From Candidatus Eiseniibacteriota bacterium (GTDB taxonomy: Bacteria; Joyebacterota; Joyebacteria; Joyebacterales; Joyebacteraceae), in the NCBI GenBank assembly GCA_043819135.1, contig JBDRFG010000113.1, forward strand, positions 1-26,191: DNA of 26,191 nt. Direction: 5' to 3'. The notes beneath the pieces are model-generated. The model made no database searches. It was not told where the DNA came from and worked only from the letters and a program-made list of their open reading frames with translations. Made by a program: the position numbers and the translations under genes. The first letter of the stretch is position 1. Each line of letters opens with the position of its first letter. Below are positions 16,865 through 25,803 of the stretch, piece after piece.

Positions 16865-18160
16865 CTACCGGGCCATCCCGTCCCGGAGTCTGCTGATCCT
16901 CTCCACCACCGCCGCGTCCGCCGCCATGAGCTCCGACGGAGTCGGATCCGTGCCTTCCGGTCGAATCGATCCCGAGTACTGAGGTGGATGGCTCGCCAGA
17001 AGCCTTGCGGGCAACACCTCCTGCACGACGCGGCCGTCCATGTCCGTGGGTATCGCGAGCCCCAGGAGTGCTAAGACCGTAGGCGTCAGGTCCTCGCCGG
17101 AGAGCGAGACCGCGCGCGGGCGCCGCGCGATGTTGGTGCCCCTGAGGATCATGACGCCCGGGGGGCCGCTCGTGTGGGCTCCCGAGATCGTCGGTGTATC
17201 GAGGGACGGGTGGGTTCCGTAGGCCGAGCAGATGATGAACACGGTGTCCTCGTCCGTCAGCCTTCTCAGTCTCTCGATGCAGCTGTCGATGAACACGAAG
17301 TAGTTCGTGAGAACACTCTCGTAACGTTCGTACTCGGGCGGCGTCTCCGCGAAGAACGACGGCATGGCCGGTGCGAGGAACCTGTGCCCGATGGCGTCCA
17401 TTCCCCCGAAGCACACCATGGTCAGGTCCGGTTCCTCGTCCGCCATCAGAGACGCCGCGACGTTAATCGTCGTCAGGTCGGACAGGAATGCCCACCTGGC
17501 CGCCAGCAGATGCTCTCTCCACCCGCTTTCGTCTGCGTCACCATCGAAGATGAGCCGTCTGAACTCCTCCTCGCAGGCGCTCTCACTGCGCGCCACGATG
17601 CCGGCGACCCTATCAGCCACTTCCTCCGAGCAGAACCGGGTGTCACCTCTCATGATCGCGGCCGGCAGCCCGGTCTCGTGGACCGGCGCTTCCGGGCGGT
17701 AGGGAGCCACGACGAGCCCCTCGGCATCACCGACGGGCCACGACGCCGGCCAACCGACCGACAGTGCCGTCCCGCCCGATCGGACCACAAGTTCCGCGAG
17801 CTCCGGCGCCAGACCGAACAGGCGTCCGTCCTCGCTCGCGAGGCGCGCACGTTCGTCCCCCGTGAGGCCCCGCCCGCGGGCAAGCGCGGTCCAGCCGTTC
17901 TCGGGGACGGGAGGTAACTCTGCGGCCATCTCGCCCGTAATGCCGCGCTTCAGGATCGATGTGATCGACGGGAGCGCGCCCTCCTCCAGTAGCTTGCGCA
18001 TCAAGAACCAGTCCATCCCGTCCACCCCGACCACGATGACCTTCAGTCCGGTGGAGGGTCCCGCGGGCACGCGGGCGTCGGGCTCCCAACCGATGACGAT
18101 GATAAGGAGCACCACTGAGGCGACCAGCAAGACCACGAGGGCGGCTCTTCGGATTGTCAT
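16865..18160 (-). CDS. exported or membrane-anchored alkaline phosphatase superfamily protein (type I phosphodiesterase/nucleotide pyrophosphatase-like) with degenerate active-site motifs
   Basis: N-terminal RR plus hydrophobic stretch; KVIVVGVDGMDW, G.LP, WT.LA.G, VGWPASWP, DAIGHRF, Y.FID, GAH...PGV.IL.G, DLTPTVLALLGL.IP.DMDGRV; SD AGGAG upstream on the - strand. Confidence 0.8.
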   Translation of the reverse strand: MTIRRAALVVLLVASVVLLIIVIGWEPDARVPAGPSTGLKVIVVGVDGMDWFLMRKLLEEGALPSITSILKRGITGEMAAELPPVPENGWTALARGRGLTGDERARLASEDGRLFGLAPELAELVVRSGGTALSVGWPASWPVGDAEGLVVAPYRPEAPVHETGLPAAIMRGDTRFCSEEVADRVAGIVARSESACEEEFRRLIFDGDADESGWREHLLAARWAFLSDLTTINVAASLMADEEPDLTMVCFGGMDAIGHRFLAPAMPSFFAETPPEYERYESVLTNYFVFIDSCIERLRRLTDEDTVFIICSAYGTHPSLDTPTISGAHTSGPPGVMILRGTNIARRPRAVSLSGEDLTPTVLALLGLAIPTDMDGRVVQEVLPARLLASHPPQYSGSIRPEGTDPTPSELMAADAAVVERISRLRDGMAR

Positions 18161-18186
18161 CTCTTCTCCTTGCTCGGCTTTGTTTC

Positions 18187-18215
18187 TTGTTGGGCAGCTG
18201 TAATGATAGTAAGCT
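18187..18215 (+). promoter_or_regulatory. candidate sigma70 promoter for uvrA (possibly leaderless transcript)
   Basis: TTGTTG (18187-18192), 17 nt, TAAGCT (18210-18215), with 7 nt before the ATG at 18223, in an AT-rich divergent gap. Confidence 0.4.
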
Positions 18216-18222
18216 TTCTAGC

Positions 18223-21099
18223 ATGCCCAAAACCGGCCAGTCAAGAAGAAGGTCACCCCGGAAGCCCGCGCCGAGCGACTGCTCCGAGCCCGGGCAGCTC
18301 GTAATACGTGGGGCGCGGGAGCATAACCTCAAGGGATTCGACCTCTCGATCCCGAGGGGGTCGCTCACCGTGATAACCGGCCTGTCCGGGTCGGGCAAGT
18401 CGTCTCTCGCGTTCGACACCATCTACGCCGAGGGCCAGAGGCGGTACGTCGAGTCGCTCTCCGCCTACGCGCGCCAGTTCCTCTCGCAGATGCAGAAGCC
18501 GCGAGTCGATCTCATCGAAGGGCTGTCGCCCGCCATCTCGATAGAGCAGCGCACGGCGACCCGCAATCCCCGTTCCACCGTGGGGACCGCCACGGAGATC
18601 TACGACTACCTCCGACTACTCTACGCGAGAGTGGGACGCGCGCACTGCCACAAGTGCGGGCGCGAGATCGCGCGGCTCACCGTCGACCAGATGGCCGACC
18701 GCGTGCTGGCGCTGGACCCCGGGAAGCGCGTTCACGTCGTGGCGCCCATGGTGAGGGGGAAGAAAGGAGAGCACCGCGACGTCCTGGCCAGAGTCGAGCG
18801 CGGCGGCTTCGTCCGCGTCAAGGTCGACGGCGAGACCATGGAAGTGCACGAGGTCGGCAAGCTCGCTAAGACAAAGAAGCACGACGTCGACGTGATCGTC
18901 GACAGGCTCGTCATCAAGGACGGAGTCAGGCAGCGTCTCGTTGATTCACTGGAGACCGCGCTCGAACTGACCGACGGATTGGTCGTCATTGCCGCGGGCA
19001 AGGAGCAGATGCTCCTGTCAGCGTCCGCGAGCTGCGCGCACTGTGGCATCGGTCCCGGAGAGATCGAGCCCCGCATGTTCTCCTTCAACAGCCCCTACGG
19101 CGCGTGCCAGACGTGCGGGGGCCTCGGCACGCAGATGAGGGTCGAGCGCGAACTCATCGTCCCCGATCCCGCCCTCTCCCTGAGAGACGGGGCCGTGTCG
19201 TGCTGGCCCGATCTGGCGACCGGCTGGGCGAGGCACAAGCTGGACGCGCTGTCGGAGTACTACGGTTTCGGCCTGATGACGCCTTTTGCGGAGTTGCCGG
19301 AGCGCATCCAGGAAGTGCTTCTCAAAGGGTCCGGCGACGAGAAGATAGAGTACAAGATCGAGTTCGAGAAGGGGCGCTGGGAGTACGTCGGCGGCTTCGA
19401 AGGAGCGATACCGAACCTGGAGCGGCGCTACAGGGAGACCAAGTCGGAGAACGTGCGGCGCTGGATCGAGGGCTTCATGGCCGTCGACCTCTGCCCGGAC
19501 TGCGAGGGCGCGAGGCTCAGGCCGGAGGCTCTGGCCGTCACCGTCGGCGAGCTGCCCATAAACGAAGTCACGGCGATGTCCGTCAAGCAGTGCGTCGGCT
19601 TCTTTGGCGGTCTCTCGCTCACCGGTACCGACAAAGAGATCGCCGAGGAGATCCTGAAGGAGATCCGCGAGCGGCTCGGCTTCCTGGCGAACGTCGGGCT
19701 CGATTACCTGACGCTCGACAGGTCATCCGGGACTCTCTCGGGCGGCGAGGCCCAGCGTATCCGCCTGGCGACGCAGATAGGCACGAGGCTCGTCGGCGTC
19801 CTCTACATCCTCGACGAGCCCTCCATCGGACTGCACCAGCACGACAACGCGAAGCTCTTGAAGACCCTGATCGCCCTGCGGGACATCGGCAATACCGTCA
19901 TAGTCGTGGAACACGACGAGGAGACCATTCGGAGCGCCGACTGGGTCGTCGACCTCGGACCCGGGGCGGGGAGGAACGGCGGCCATCTGGTCGCGAGCTG
20001 CCATCCCAGCGAGCTTTCGGAGCACGCCGGGTCGATCACGGGACGCTACCTGTCGGGCGAGGAGAGCATCGGGCTTCCGGCTGAGCGCAGGCCGACCGAC
20101 GGTCCCGTGCTCCGCGTAGTCGGTGCGCGCGAGAACAACCTCGCCAACATCGATGTCGAGGTGCCGTTGTCGACGCTGACGTGCGTGACGGGCGTGTCAG
20201 GTTCGGGGAAGAGCACCCTCGTGTCCGACATCATCCACCGAGCTCTCGCCGAGTGGTTCCACCGCGCGCGCAAGATCCCCGGCAAGTTCGATCGCATCGA
20301 GGGGCTCGAGCACATCGACAAGGTGGTCAACATCAGCCAGTCCCCGATCGGACGCACGCCGAGGTCGAATCCGGTCACGTACACGGGGACGTTCGCGCAC
20401 ATCCGCCAACTCCTCTCGAAGGTGCCCGAGGCGAGAGCGCGGGGCTACAGACCCGGCAGGTTCAGCTTCAACGTCCGGGGAGGGCGATGCGAAGCGTGCC
20501 AGGGCGGGGGGCAGGTGAAGATCGAGATGCATTTCCTACCCGATGTCTTCGTGACGTGCGAGGCGTGCGCGGGTAAACGCTTCAATCGTGAGACGCTCGA
20601 CATAACATACAAGGGCAAGAACATCGCGGACATCCTCGAGATGACCGTGGACGAGGCGCTGGACTTCTTCTCGAGCATTCCGATGATCAGGCGAAAGCTC
20701 GAGACCCTGCACGACGTCGGCCTCGGCTACGTCGGCCTCGGCCAGCCTGCGACCACGCTCTCGGGCGGCGAGGCGCAGAGGATCAAGCTCGCCTCGGAGC
20801 TGTCGAGGAGGAGCACCGGGCGGACGCTGTACATCCTCGATGAACCCACTACGGGGCTGCACTTCCACGATGTCAAGATGCTGCTCGACGTGCTCGGGAG
20901 GCTCGTTGACAAGGGCAACACGGTCCTCGTGATCGAGCACAACATGGACGTCGTCAAGACCTCCGACCACATCATCGACCTCGGCCCGAAGGGTGGCGAC
21001 GAGGGGGGACGGGTCATCGTGGCGGGAACGCCGGAGGAGGTCGCCGCCAAGAGGGGCTCCTACACCGGCGAGGTGCTCGCTCGAGTGCTGAAGACGTGA
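18223..21099 (+). CDS. uvrA: excinuclease ABC subunit A
   Basis: GAREHNLK, TGLSGSGKSSLAFDTIYAEGQRRYVESLS, two LSGGEAQRI/LDEP ABC cassettes, second Walker A GVSGSGKST, CxxC zinc-binding pairs. Start placed at the ATG at 18223; the ORF-track start overlaps the divergent gene. Confidence 0.97.
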   Translation: MPKTGQSRRRSPRKPAPSDCSEPGQLVIRGAREHNLKGFDLSIPRGSLTVITGLSGSGKSSLAFDTIYAEGQRRYVESLSAYARQFLSQMQKPRVDLIEGLSPAISIEQRTATRNPRSTVGTATEIYDYLRLLYARVGRAHCHKCGREIARLTVDQMADRVLALDPGKRVHVVAPMVRGKKGEHRDVLARVERGGFVRVKVDGETMEVHEVGKLAKTKKHDVDVIVDRLVIKDGVRQRLVDSLETALELTDGLVVIAAGKEQMLLSASASCAHCGIGPGEIEPRMFSFNSPYGACQTCGGLGTQMRVERELIVPDPALSLRDGAVSCWPDLATGWARHKLDALSEYYGFGLMTPFAELPERIQEVLLKGSGDEKIEYKIEFEKGRWEYVGGFEGAIPNLERRYRETKSENVRRWIEGFMAVDLCPDCEGARLRPEALAVTVGELPINEVTAMSVKQCVGFFGGLSLTGTDKEIAEEILKEIRERLGFLANVGLDYLTLDRSSGTLSGGEAQRIRLATQIGTRLVGVLYILDEPSIGLHQHDNAKLLKTLIALRDIGNTVIVVEHDEETIRSADWVVDLGPGAGRNGGHLVASCHPSELSEHAGSITGRYLSGEESIGLPAERRPTDGPVLRVVGARENNLANIDVEVPLSTLTCVTGVSGSGKSTLVSDIIHRALAEWFHRARKIPGKFDRIEGLEHIDKVVNISQSPIGRTPRSNPVTYTGTFAHIRQLLSKVPEARARGYRPGRFSFNVRGGRCEACQGGGQVKIEMHFLPDVFVTCEACAGKRFNRETLDITYKGKNIADILEMTVDEALDFFSSIPMIRRKLETLHDVGLGYVGLGQPATTLSGGEAQRIKLASELSRRSTGRTLYILDEPTTGLHFHDVKMLLDVLGRLVDKGNTVLVIEHNMDVVKTSDHIIDLGPKGGDEGGRVIVAGTPEEVAAKRGSYTGEVLARVLKT

Positions 21100-21210
21100 T
21101 CCCCGAACATCTGTGATCGACCCCACACACGTCGGGCCGCAGCCGTCCAGACACGTCCGACGCTTCTCTCACGGTTGAGCTTCACTCAAACCCAGCCGCC
21201 ACGAAACGGC

Positions 21211-21240
21211 TTGACCACGCCGCTTACGCTCGCATAGAAT
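21211..21240 (+). promoter_or_regulatory. sigma70-type promoter for the gcv operon
   Basis: TTGACC (21211-21216), 18 nt, TAGAAT (21235-21240). Confidence 0.65.
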
Positions 21241-21282
21241 GCTAGGTTGTATCCGGACGACCGTGCGGCGTCCCAGCGTCGG

Positions 21283-21317
21283 GTTGTGCCCGGCAGCATC
21301 GCGTTGTGCCCGGCAGC
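21283..21317. repeat. 15-bp direct repeat, two copies, 20-bp period
   Basis: GTTGTGCCCGGCAGC at 21283-21297 and 21303-21317; partial copy GTTGTATCCGG at 21246-21256. Confidence 0.85.
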
Positions 21318-21355
21318 CCGGGGCGGTCCGTCGATTTTCGGGAGTGCGAGAGCCT

Positions 21356-22468
21356 ATGCTGACACAGGAGGTGGTCGCCGTCAGGAAGACAGCCCTCTAC
21401 GATGAGCATGTAGCCCGCGGGGCGAAGATCGTGGAGTTCGCGGGGTGGGCGATGCCCATGCTCTATTCGGGGATCGTGCGTGAGCACCGGCGGGTGCGAA
21501 GCACCGCCGGGCTCTTTGACGTGTCGCACATGGGGGAGTTCGTGGTGTCGGGAGCGGATGCTCTTGCGGCGCTGGAACGGCTGACCACGAACCGCCTCTC
21601 CGCCGCTACCGAGGGGCGCGTCCAGTACACCGCCATGTGCTACGAGAACGGCGGGTTCGTCGACGACCTTCTCATCTACGCGATGCCGGGACGATACATG
21701 CTCGTGGTCAACGCCGCGAACCGCGAGAAGGACCTCGAGTGGATACGCTCCAATCTTACGGGCGACGCCGCGGTGGCCGATGTGTCCAACGAGACCGGGC
21801 TCATAGCGTTGCAGGGCCCCGCGTCCGAGGGGATCCTGGCGGGGCTGACAAGTAGCGACCTTGGCACGTTGCGCTACTACCATTGGATGACCGCCGAGGT
21901 GGCGGGCCACGAGGCGACGCTGTCCAGAACAGGGTACACGGGCGAAGACGGCTTCGAGATCTACTGTGAGCCGGAGGACGCGCCCGCCATCTGGAGCGCG
22001 CTTATGGAGGAGGGCTCGTCGGTCGACATAGAACCGGTCGGACTCGGCGCGAGAGACACTCTGAGGCTCGAGATGGGGTACAGCCTCTACGGCAGTGAGA
22101 TGGACGAGAGCCGCACGCCGGCGGAGGCCGGTCTCATGTGGATCACCAAGCTTTCGAAGGGTGAATTCATCGGGCGCGACGCGATTGCGAAGAAGGTGGA
22201 CGAGGGAGTGCGCGAGCGCGTCGTCGGGTTCGAACTCACGGCCGGGGGCGTTCCGCGGCGGGGCCACCGCATTTTCGTCGGGGACGAGGAGGTCGGGCAC
22301 GTGACCAGCGGGACGTTCTCTCCCAGCCTTTCGAGGGGCGTCGGGCTCGGCTACGTGAGGTCGGACGTCAACGGTGAGCTTTCCATAGAGATACGAGACA
22401 AGAGAATCGAGGGGCGCATGGTGTTTCTCCCATTCTATCGGGAGGGGAGCGCCAGGCGCAACCGCTAG
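21356..22468 (+). CDS. gcvT: glycine cleavage system aminomethyltransferase T
   Basis: RKTALY..H...GAK.VEFAGW.MP, GLFDVSHMGE, VVNAAN, IALQGP, SRTGYTGEDGFE, GLGARDTLRLEMG, VTSGTFSP. Start codon uncertain (see findings). Confidence 0.96.
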   Translation: MLTQEVVAVRKTALYDEHVARGAKIVEFAGWAMPMLYSGIVREHRRVRSTAGLFDVSHMGEFVVSGADALAALERLTTNRLSAATEGRVQYTAMCYENGGFVDDLLIYAMPGRYMLVVNAANREKDLEWIRSNLTGDAAVADVSNETGLIALQGPASEGILAGLTSSDLGTLRYYHWMTAEVAGHEATLSRTGYTGEDGFEIYCEPEDAPAIWSALMEEGSSVDIEPVGLGARDTLRLEMGYSLYGSEMDESRTPAEAGLMWITKLSKGEFIGRDAIAKKVDEGVRERVVGFELTAGGVPRRGHRIFVGDEEVGHVTSGTFSPSLSRGVGLGYVRSDVNGELSIEIRDKRIEGRMVFLPFYREGSARRNR

Positions 22469-22539
22469 CGTCAGACCCGCGGCCGTGAGACACCGGTCGG
22501 CTCGGGGGCGCTTCTACGCGACAGTCTGCGAGGTGAGAA

Positions 22540-22917
22540 ATGGGTGAGAAGGACCGCTTGTACACTGAGACGCACGAGTGGCTCAGTGTGGAGGGTGACG
22601 TGGCCACGCTTGGGCTCACCGACTACGCACAGGGAGAACTCGGGGACATCGTGTTCGTCGAACTTCAGGAGCCCGGCAGGAGCCTGTCCGCCGGCGACGT
22701 GCTGACGACGGTTGAGTCGGTCAAGAGCGTCAGCGAGCTCTACGCGCCCGTCAAGGGCGAGATCATCGAGGGGAACGCCGCTCTCGATGACGATCCTTCT
22801 CTCATCAATTCCGACCCGTTCGGCGCCGGGTGGATCACCAGGCTCAGGCTCGCCGCGGGAGCGGACCTCTCTCAGTTCATGACCGCCGAGCAGTACGAGG
22901 CGCACATCAAGGGGTAG
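22540..22917 (+). CDS. gcvH: glycine cleavage system H protein
   Basis: [39 protein letters not shown] (lipoyl Lys), [11 protein letters not shown]. Confidence 0.97.
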   Translation: MGEKDRLYTETHEWLSVEGDVATLGLTDYAQGELGDIVFVELQEPGRSLSAGDVLTTVESVKSVSELYAPVKGEIIEGNAALDDDPSLINSDPFGAGWITRLRLAAGADLSQFMTAEQYEAHIKG

Positions 22918-22919
22918 GC

Positions 22920-24275
22920 TTGCCGTACGTCTCTAACACAGATCTTGATCGTGAAGAGATGCTCCGCGAGATAGGGGTCAGCTCCATCGAGGACCTCTTC
23001 GCCGATGTTCCGCATGAGCTACGCACGACGGCGGAGCTCGACGTGCCCGGCCCGCTGTCCGAGGCCGAGCTCGTCCGGCACATGCGGCGTCTCGCGTCGA
23101 TGAACCGGACCACGGACGACGTGGTCTCGTTTCTCGGTGGCGGCGTCTACGATCATACGGTACCGGCGGTCGTGCGATACGTGACGAGCATGCCTCAGTT
23201 CTACACGGCCTACACTCCGTACCAGGCAGAGGCGAGCCAGGGGACTCTGCAGAGCATCTACGAGTTCCAGTCTCTCATCTGCCGGCTCACCGGTATGGAT
23301 GTGGCCAACGCGTCGATGTACGACGGCGCCTCCGCCGCGGCCGAGGCCTGCCTGATGGCGGTCGGCGTAACCAGGCGGAACAAGATACTGATCGCCCGCA
23401 CGGCCGGCCCGTCCCTGCGGGCGGTCGTCGCGACCTACCTCAGGGCCTCCGACATCGAGATCGTGGAGCTGCCGATGACCGGCGGCGTGACGGATACGAC
23501 GGCGCTCGAGACGTATCTGGACGGCGCGGCGGTCCTCGTGGTCCAGCACCCGAACTTCTTCGGAGTGCTGGAGCCCGTCGAGTCGCTGTCGGCGAAGTGC
23601 GAGGCGGCCGGCGCGCTGCTCGTGGCGTCCGTCGATCCGCTGTCGCTCGCAGTGCTTAAGTCCCCGTCCGACTACGGCGCGGCCATAGCCGTCGGCGAGG
23701 GGCAGTCGCTGGGAAGCCCCGTGGGGTTCGGGGGACCTTTGCTCGGTTTCATGTCGGCCCGGCGGGAGTACGTCAGAAGGATGCCCGGTCGCATCATCGG
23801 AGCGACCACCGACACCGAGGGAAGGCGCGGCTTCGTGATGACCCTTCAGACCCGCGAGCAGCACATACGCAGACAGAAGGCCACATCGAACATCTGCACC
23901 AACGAGGGGCTCATGGCGCTGGGCGCCACCGTCCACCTGTCGCTGCTGGGAAAGAAGGGCTTCCGGGAACTCGCCGTGCAGGTGACGTCGAAGGCGCACT
24001 ACGCCGCCCTGGCCCTGGCCTCTGTCGACGGCGTCGGCCTTCGCTTCGACGGGCCGTTCTTCAGGGAGTTCGTCGTCGACCTCCCTGTGTCCGCCCACCG
24101 CGTCAAGGAGGAACTGGGCCGGGTCGGAATATGGCCGGGCATCTCGTGCGGCTGCTACTACGACGACATGGACAGGAGCCTCCTTGTTTCCGTCACGGAG
24201 CGGCACACGCGGGAGGACATCGATTCCCTCGCGTCCGGTCTCGAGGCGGTCGTCTCGGCGGGGGGGAGCTCATGA
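22920..24275 (+). CDS. gcvPA: glycine dehydrogenase (decarboxylating) subunit 1
   Basis: TTG start at 22920 ((M)PYVSNTD.DREEML); FLGGG.YDH, YTAYTPYQAEASQG.LQ, NASMYDGA, LQTREQHIRRQKATSNICTN. Confidence 0.95.
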   Translation: MPYVSNTDLDREEMLREIGVSSIEDLFADVPHELRTTAELDVPGPLSEAELVRHMRRLASMNRTTDDVVSFLGGGVYDHTVPAVVRYVTSMPQFYTAYTPYQAEASQGTLQSIYEFQSLICRLTGMDVANASMYDGASAAAEACLMAVGVTRRNKILIARTAGPSLRAVVATYLRASDIEIVELPMTGGVTDTTALETYLDGAAVLVVQHPNFFGVLEPVESLSAKCEAAGALLVASVDPLSLAVLKSPSDYGAAIAVGEGQSLGSPVGFGGPLLGFMSARREYVRRMPGRIIGATTDTEGRRGFVMTLQTREQHIRRQKATSNICTNEGLMALGATVHLSLLGKKGFRELAVQVTSKAHYAALALASVDGVGLRFDGPFFREFVVDLPVSAHRVKEELGRVGIWPGISCGCYYDDMDRSLLVSVTERHTREDIDSLASGLEAVVSAGGSS

Positions 24276-25762
24276 CCGATCCCCGGACGACAGGTCGTGT
24301 CCTCGAGCCGACGGTGTTCGAGCTTTCGCACCCCGGACGGTCCGGCTACAGACTGCCAGCGCTGGACGTTCCCCGGGTGGATCTCGCGGACGTCCTCGGA
24401 GCCTCGAATCTTCGCCCGGCTCCCCCCGACCTTCCCGAGCTCTCCGAGCCAGAGGTCGTGAGGCACTTCACGCGTCTGGCCGAGATGAACTTCCACGTCG
24501 ACAGGGCCATGTATCCACTCGGCTCCTGCACGATGAAGTACAACCCGAAGATCAACGAGGAGATGGCCGGGCTTCCGGGACTGGCGGGAGTACACCCCGA
24601 GGCTGCCGCCAACGAGTGCCAGGGAGCGCTCTCGCTCATATACAACCTGGGGTGCATGCTGGCCGAGATATCCGGCATGGACGAGGTCAGTATCCAGCCC
24701 CCCGCCGGCGCGTCCGGCGAGCTCGCGGGCATGCTCATGGTGCGCGCGTATCAGACGGATCAGGGGAATCCCCGCAGCAAGGTAATAGTTCCCGACACGG
24801 CGCACGGCACGAACCCGGCCAGCCTGGCGCTCGCCGGCTACGATGCGGTCGAGCTTCCCTCCGGCCCGGACGGGAGGATCGACGTCCGCGCGCTCGAGGC
24901 AGCGGTCGACGAAGAGACGGCGGCCTTCATGGTAACCAACCCGAACACGCTGGGCGTGTTCGAGAACAGGATCGCTGACATAGCAGAGATCGTTCACGGC
25001 GTCGGCGGGCTGCTGTATCTCGACGGCGCGAACCTCAACGCGTCGCTCGGTGTCGTCCGTCCGGGAGACGCCGGTTTCGACGTCATGCACTTCAATCTGC
25101 ACAAGACGTTCTCGACTCCTCACGGCGGCGGCGGTCCGGGGTCCGGACCGGTCGGCGTCAAGAGCTTCCTGGCAGACTATCTGCCGAGTCCGGTCGCGCG
25201 CCGCGACGAACGGAAGAGCCGGGGGTTCGAATTCGATTTCGACTACGACCGGCCCAGGTCGATAGGCAAGGTGCACTCGGTCTACGGGAACTTCCTGGTG
25301 GCCGTGAAGGCCTACGCCTACATACTGACCCTCGGCCCCGCGGGCTTAAGGCGTGTGGCGGAGAACGCCGTCCTGAACGCCAACTACCTGCAGAAGAAGC
25401 TCGAACCCTTCTTCGAGCTGCCTTACAAGGGGCTGTGCCAGCACGAGTTCGTGCTCTCGGCGTCGAGACAGAAGGAACGCGGTGTCAGGGCGCTCGACGT
25501 GGCTAAGCGTCTGCTCGACTACGGCATCCACGCGCCCACCGTCTACTTCCCACTCATCGTCAAGGAGGCTCTGATGATCGAGCCGACCGAGACGGAGAGC
25601 AGAGCGTCGCTGGACAGCTTCGTCGAGGTGATGACGGCAATCGCGGTCGAGGTCGAGAGGGAGCCCGGGCTCGTGCTCGGCGCGCCGAGCGAGACACCGG
25701 TGAGCCGTCTCGATGAGTCCAGGGCGGCAAAGGAACTGAACGTCGCCTGGGAAGTGGGCTAG
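24272..25762 (+). CDS. gcvPB: glycine dehydrogenase (decarboxylating) subunit 2
   Basis: ATGA overlap with gcvPA; LPELSE..VVRHFT.L, YPLGSCTMKYNP, AHGTNPAS, HFNLHKTFSTPHGGGGPG (PLP Lys), HAPTVYFPL, MIEPTETES. Confidence 0.96.
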   Translation: MTDPRTTGRVLEPTVFELSHPGRSGYRLPALDVPRVDLADVLGASNLRPAPPDLPELSEPEVVRHFTRLAEMNFHVDRAMYPLGSCTMKYNPKINEEMAGLPGLAGVHPEAAANECQGALSLIYNLGCMLAEISGMDEVSIQPPAGASGELAGMLMVRAYQTDQGNPRSKVIVPDTAHGTNPASLALAGYDAVELPSGPDGRIDVRALEAAVDEETAAFMVTNPNTLGVFENRIADIAEIVHGVGGLLYLDGANLNASLGVVRPGDAGFDVMHFNLHKTFSTPHGGGGPGSGPVGVKSFLADYLPSPVARRDERKSRGFEFDFDYDRPRSIGKVHSVYGNFLVAVKAYAYILTLGPAGLRRVAENAVLNANYLQKKLEPFFELPYKGLCQHEFVLSASRQKERGVRALDVAKRLLDYGIHAPTVYFPLIVKEALMIEPTETESRASLDSFVEVMTAIAVEVEREPGLVLGAPSETPVSRLDESRAAKELNVAWEVG

Positions 25763-25764
25763 CT

Positions 25765-25803
25765 CGTGGAGAGCCGGTCCGTGGAGAGCAGGCCCGTGGA
25801 GAG
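25765..25803. repeat. three imperfect 15-bp tandem units with core CGTGGAGAG
   Basis: CGTGGAGAG at 25765, 25780 and 25795; translates as VESRS-VESRP-VES. Confidence 0.8.

Noticed and set aside
18198..18213. E. coli-type LexA box upstream of uvrA (CTGTaatgatagTAAG)
   Set aside because: The right half-site lacks the required CAG, and nothing indicates this lineage uses that box.
21100..21210. Possible tRNA/sRNA or terminator between uvrA and the gcv promoter
   Set aside because: No cloverleaf or T-loop motif on either strand; only a 5-bp stem (TTGAG/CTCAA) without a convincing U-tract.
21283..21317. CRISPR-like repeat
   Set aside because: Only two 15-bp copies with a 5-bp gap, and no cas genes; far from CRISPR repeat-spacer geometry.
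22830..22919. N-terminal extensions of gcvPA, gcvPB (24131), fabF (11263), acpP (10826), uvrA (18154) and gcvT (21239) in the ORF track
   Set aside because: They overlap neighbouring genes or promoters; homology-consistent starts, most with an SD or a stop/start overlap, lie downstream.
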